Origin: Candidatus Micrarchaeia archaeon
GTDB lineage: Archaea > Micrarchaeota > Micrarchaeia > CABMEP01
Length of the DNA stretch: 64,000 nucleotides
Direction: 5' to 3'
Assembly (NCBI GenBank): GCA_038881595.1
Contig: JAVZPM010000002.1
Coordinates: 32,001 to 96,000 of the forward strand
The stretch's first letter is position 1, and the number at the start of each line of letters is the position of its first letter. Shown here piece by piece: positions 60,257 to 64,000 of the stretch. The notes below the pieces were generated by a model, which made no database searches, was not told the origin of the DNA, and worked only from the letters and a program-made list of their open reading frames with translations. Both the position numbers and the translations under genes were made by a program.

Positions 60257-61480
60257 TTACTTTACAATTATTCTTTCTCCTACGCTGCTTATTCTCTCAA
60301 GTTTTATAGGTATTTTTGTTCCTACAGGAGTCTGTGCTATCGCAGTTCCCGCTTTTTTATCTATTCCTATTACTTTTCCGATATATGCACCTATCTCTGT
60401 TATTATCTCCTTTCCTTCTAATCTTATCTTCGCTGCGACCCTTATCTTTAACGTTCTAGCAAATTCTGTTGCAAGTAATGTTACGATTATAGAGAGAATT
60501 ATGGCGATTAAAAATTCATAGAACCACGCCTCTCCTACTATCCAAGAGAGAGCAAGATATGATAAGAAAGAGACAACTATCCCATTAAATGAATATAATC
60601 CACTATCTATAAGTTCAAACAAACTTCCTTTTGGATAAAGTTCAATCGCCCTTCCAATCATTATTAAAATTATTATAAATACTGCAAAGGGCCATAGTAT
60701 AGGTCGTAGTCCAAATGATAAAGATTCAAAAAAGCTATAGCCATTTGAGCTTGCATTAATAAATTCATTTACACCTATTGAGATAGATATCAAAGCTAAT
60801 GCGAATATAGGCACATAAACCACAAGTGTAGTTCTTGTAGAGGATGAAAACAAATTTCTAACTGTATTTATAATAAAATCTTCTATACCAAATCCTTTAA
60901 GTAAGAGATATAAACCAACAATACCCACTATAGGTCTCCATCCATATCCAAGCATATCGCTAATAAGAAAAGAAATCAATATTAAAGCAGGAACTCCGAA
61001 GAAAAGTTTTGCATAATATGGCTCTTTTAGTTTGCTTAAAAGAGTAACGTATGTTTTTTCAAGCTCTTTTGCTTGCTTCATAACTACGGTTTTCTTTGAG
61101 TCAAGTTTTACTCTTGAAGAGATTAAAGGAAGCAGTTCTTCGTCATCAGCTCCATCAGTTACAAAAATACATGATGTTGCATGAAACTGTTGAAGAATAG
61201 ACTCTAATTGTGTAACTATTTTCTTATCTGCATGATACCCTAATCGACTATCTCCAGTAATAGTTACAACCTCTGCTTTTTTAGTTTTTATTATTTCATC
61301 ATAGATCTTTACTGCCTGAAACATTGCATTTGCATCTGTATCTTCTGGATCGTTTAGAAGAAGATTAGTTGCAGCATGTATATTTGCTTGTCTTCCTATT
61401 ACTGGCCCAGTTATTCGTGCTTTTTTACCTAAATCATCATCACGATCTACACATAATATTAGTATATTTTCTTTCGTCAT
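60257..61480 (-). CDS. DUF373-family membrane protein with a C-terminal PRC-barrel-like extension
   Basis: LILCVDRDDDLG, DPEDTDAN, FVTDGADDE, multiple TM helices, then GKEIITE.G.YIGKV. Confidence 0.8.
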   Translation of the reverse strand: MTKENILILCVDRDDDLGKKARITGPVIGRQANIHAATNLLLNDPEDTDANAMFQAVKIYDEIIKTKKAEVVTITGDSRLGYHADKKIVTQLESILQQFHATSCIFVTDGADDEELLPLISSRVKLDSKKTVVMKQAKELEKTYVTLLSKLKEPYYAKLFFGVPALILISFLISDMLGYGWRPIVGIVGLYLLLKGFGIEDFIINTVRNLFSSSTRTTLVVYVPIFALALISISIGVNEFINASSNGYSFFESLSFGLRPILWPFAVFIIILIMIGRAIELYPKGSLFELIDSGLYSFNGIVVSFLSYLALSWIVGEAWFYEFLIAIILSIIVTLLATEFARTLKIRVAAKIRLEGKEIITEIGAYIGKVIGIDKKAGTAIAQTPVGTKIPIKLERISSVGERIIVK

Positions 61481-61631
61481 TCAAGCACCATTGAGTTTTT
61501 TTTCTATGAATAAATGTTATTAAATATTTATAAATTCTATTATTGTATATAATATAATCTTACGTAATTATAAATCTAAGACCTATTTTAATTGATTAAT
61601 AATTTAAGAGTTAATTTTAAAGTTGGTAGTT

Positions 61632-62339
61632 ATGGAAAAAGATAGAGAAGTTATAGCTGTTCCTGGAGATATACTTGGAACAGAAGAGGAATTTCTTCCT
61701 GGAGAGGGAACATATACAGATAAAGATGGAAATATTCGTGCATTAAACGCAGGAATTGTTGAAATCAGCGATGATAGGCGAATATCTGTTTTTTCAGATA
61801 GAGAACCTGAAAAACTTAAACCAGGTGATGTAGTTTATGGTAGAGTAGAAGAAATGTTTGAGTCAGTCGCATTCCTTACTATCGAGCATCCAAATTCTTC
61901 AAGTATAGAACGAATTGATAGGATGTCAGCAGTTATTCCAATTTCAGAGATAAAAGAAGGATATGTTAAATCAATACGAGATGCAATTCATGTTGGTGAT
62001 ATCATAATTGGTGCAGTTAAAGAAGTTACTCCATTAAGAATAATTGTTACTCTTAAACCAAAAGGAATGGGCGTAGTAATGGCGTATTGTAGTTACGATC
62101 GAAAGCCAATGTTATTGAAAGGAAGGTCTCTTATTTGTAGTAAATGTGGACAAAAAGAGGAACGTCTTATTGCAGATAGCTATGGAAAATTTGAATACAT
62201 TGAATCTGCACAAATAATTCCAGAAAGAAAAGATAGATTTCAGAAATTAAGATTAGTAAAAGGAAGGTTTTCTGGAAGAAAGAAATATAGATATTTTCAG
62301 GAAAAATTTCAATTTAAAAAAAGAAGATCAAGATTCTAA
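61632..62339 (+). CDS. csl4: Exosome RNA-binding subunit Csl4
   Basis: VPGD.LG.EEEF.PGEGTY, S1 domain, GVV.A.C zinc ribbon and E.R.IA..YG. Confidence 0.9.
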   Translation: MEKDREVIAVPGDILGTEEEFLPGEGTYTDKDGNIRALNAGIVEISDDRRISVFSDREPEKLKPGDVVYGRVEEMFESVAFLTIEHPNSSSIERIDRMSAVIPISEIKEGYVKSIRDAIHVGDIIIGAVKEVTPLRIIVTLKPKGMGVVMAYCSYDRKPMLLKGRSLICSKCGQKEERLIADSYGKFEYIESAQIIPERKDRFQKLRLVKGRFSGRKKYRYFQEKFQFKKRRSRF

Positions 62340-62404
62340 TAGTTTTAGTATTTTAAAGTTTTGTCTACAATAGTTTTAATATTGTATAATAATGAGGTGT
62401 TTAA

Positions 62405-62668
62405 ATGTCTGAATTAAAGGTTAATAAAGTAGATAAGAATCATGTAGAGATTCATTTTTTTGGTGAGGACATTGCTTTTGTTCATGCTCTTAGAGAATTT
62501 GTTATCGAAAACGATGATGTTGAGTTTGCAGCAGTTAAGCAGGAACACATAGAAGTGGGAGAACCTATTCTTGTTGTGAAAACAAAGAAAGGAAATCCAA
62601 TCCCTATCGTTGCAAAAGCTGCTGCAAAGCTTGCAAAGACAGCTGAAGATCTTGTAAAATCAATTTAA
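62405..62668 (+). CDS. rpoL: RNA polymerase subunit L (Rpo11)
   Basis: GED....ALRE...DVEFAA...H pattern; follows csl4. Confidence 0.85.
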   Translation: MSELKVNKVDKNHVEIHFFGEDIAFVHALREFVIENDDVEFAAVKQEHIEVGEPILVVKTKKGNPIPIVAKAAAKLAKTAEDLVKSI

Positions 62669-62706
62669 TAGATAAATCAAATAATCTAATAGAATTATCT
62701 GATTAG

Positions 62707-63297
62707 ATGACAAATCTTGTCCGGAAAGAAAGTATAAAAATAGACAAAAATATTAGAATTCTTGCAGTGGACGATTCCCCTAGAATCAATTCTTCTTCCT
62801 TTCTTATAGGGATTGTTTATAGGAATGGAATTGTAGAAGGAGCTGTCAGTACTAATATAACATACGATGGAGATGATAGTACAGAACAAATAATAAAGAT
62901 GGTAAAGAGATCTCGTTTTTCAAATCAAATAAAATTAATTCTGCTAAATAGCATTACAATGGGAGGTTTAAATATAATAGATATATCTGAATTGTCTAAT
63001 TCTCTTTCAATACCTGTTATTGCAATCACTCGTCACTTGCCAAGAGTTTCTGAACTAGAGAAAGCAGTTGATAGGCTTGAGATTTCGAAAGAGGAAAAAG
63101 AAAGAAAACTTAATGCAATCAAGAATGCTGGAGAACCGTTTAAAATCAAAACAAAGCCAATACTCTATGCTCAGGTAGCAGGCATAGACAGGTTTAAGGC
63201 AATGGAAGCAATCAAAGATATAGGCATAGAACCTTTGAGATTATCACATATAATTGCTTCTGCGCTTGTTTTAGGAGAATCAAAGGGAAGATTCTAA
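62707..63297 (+). CDS. DUF99 family (endonuclease V-like) protein
   Basis: RILAVDDSP, DGDDST, GGLNIID and EPLRLSH.IAS. Confidence 0.85.
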   Translation: MTNLVRKESIKIDKNIRILAVDDSPRINSSSFLIGIVYRNGIVEGAVSTNITYDGDDSTEQIIKMVKRSRFSNQIKLILLNSITMGGLNIIDISELSNSLSIPVIAITRHLPRVSELEKAVDRLEISKEEKERKLNAIKNAGEPFKIKTKPILYAQVAGIDRFKAMEAIKDIGIEPLRLSHIIASALVLGESKGRF

Positions 63298-63559
63298 TTA
63301 ATTTTAATTTTTGCAATATTGTTTCTAAAGTAGTGCCACCCAGATATAAGTAGAGCAAATAAATCTTATTTTGTGGTTTGGATCTAGATCTAATATCTTT
63401 TTTATATCTTTTTCTTTTATATCGCATTTCTTTTATCCTAATACTTAACTGCATACTTTTTTATTTAATATTTAATTTTACTTTTTAGTTTTTGTTTTCA
63501 GTTATATTTATCTATTTTTTTATTTATAATTATTTTATCCGTAATTAATAGATCTTAAT

Positions 63560-63749
63560 GGGCCAGTAGCTCAGAGGTAGAGCGCTTCGTTCGCATAAAC
63601 TTTCTTAGAAAGAGAGTTTGATCAAGGAATTTTCTAAGAAACTCTTTATCAAATAGTTTCATCAAAATAAGTGATTGAACTTTCCTAACATGAAAGTAGT
63701 AAAGTTTCGGAAAACGAAGAGGTCGCGAGTTCGAATCTCGCCTGGTCCA
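63560..63749 (+). tRNA. tRNA-Ala(CGC) with a 118-nt intron at position 37/38
   Basis: Acceptor stem GGGCCAG/CTGGTCC with G3-U70, anticodon stem CTTCG/CGAAG, anticodon CGC at 63592-94, T-arm GCGAG-TTCGAAT-CTCGC. Confidence 0.95.
63596..63713 (+). other. tRNA intron with bulge-helix-bulge splice motif
   Basis: Central helix TTCG (63590-93) with CGGA (63708-11), 3-nt bulges, outer helix AAACTTT/AAAGTTT. Confidence 0.88.
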
Positions 63750-63781
63750 TAATTAGTATATAATCAATTAGAGAGGTTAAC

Positions 63782-64000
63782 ATGAAAAAAAATGAAGGAA
63801 AAAAGAATACTAAAAGTAATGTCTTTTGGCTTGGGATCGTAAGCCTTCTTGCAGATGCTTCTTCAGAGATGATCGCTCCGGTTATGCCACTATTTCTATC
63901 TAGTGTTCTTGGGGCAAGTGGATTTATGATAGGATTAATTGAAGGGATTGCAAAATCTGCTGAGAGACTACTCTCATTTGTTTTTGGATGGTATTCTGAT
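63782..64000 (+). CDS. MFS transporter, N-terminal part (runs off the window)
   Basis: Manual translation MKKNEGKKNTKSNVFWLGIVSLLADASSEMIAPVMPLFLSSVLGASGFMIGLIEG...FGWYSD, ending at the start of MFS motif A; GAGGT RBS. Confidence 0.85.
   Translation, partial: MKKNEGKKNTKSNVFWLGIVSLLADASSEMIAPVMPLFLSSVLGASGFMIGLIEGIAKSAERLLSFVFGWYSD

Noticed and set aside
63212..63454. 80-aa basic minus-strand ORF
   Set aside because: It overlaps the DUF99 gene antisense and derives from a low-complexity T-rich intergenic stretch.
63596..63713. CRISPR mini-array reading of the repeated units
   Set aside because: The units are degenerate and partly inverted, lack regular spacers, and no cas genes are in the window.

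Overview
AT-rich archaeal chromosome segment, most likely DPANN and plausibly Micrarchaeota-like. This is inferred from the split rpoB''/B' and rpoA'/A'', CarS, BHB-type tRNA introns, GGTGA Shine-Dalgarno sites and DPANN-style pilus genes. Most of the window is core housekeeping: lig, tmk, ndk, ssb, dcd, trxB, tpiA, ppdK, the rpoH-B-A-rpl30e-nusA-rps12-rps7-EF2 operon, lonB, rpoE/spt4 and csl4/rpoL. It also holds a type IV pilus locus with two divergently transcribed ATPases, a MacB-type ABC exporter, a 1616-aa Cys-rich surface protein, one IS5-family element and three tRNAs. The most notable observations are: (1) long introns in tRNA-Gly(CCC) and tRNA-Ala(CGC), 57 kb apart, built from the same REP-like hairpin+ATCA/TGAT module in inverted doublets, which suggests a small mobile element hidden inside spliced tRNA introns; (2) an intact 867-aa P-type ATPase homologue that has lost its core catalytic motifs; (3) a 212-bp nucleotide-identical tract shared by two otherwise diverged ABC permease paralogues; (4) an IS with an extra right end abutting its left end and a transposase stop codon supplied by the target site. 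All calls come from reading motifs by eye; no database searches were run.
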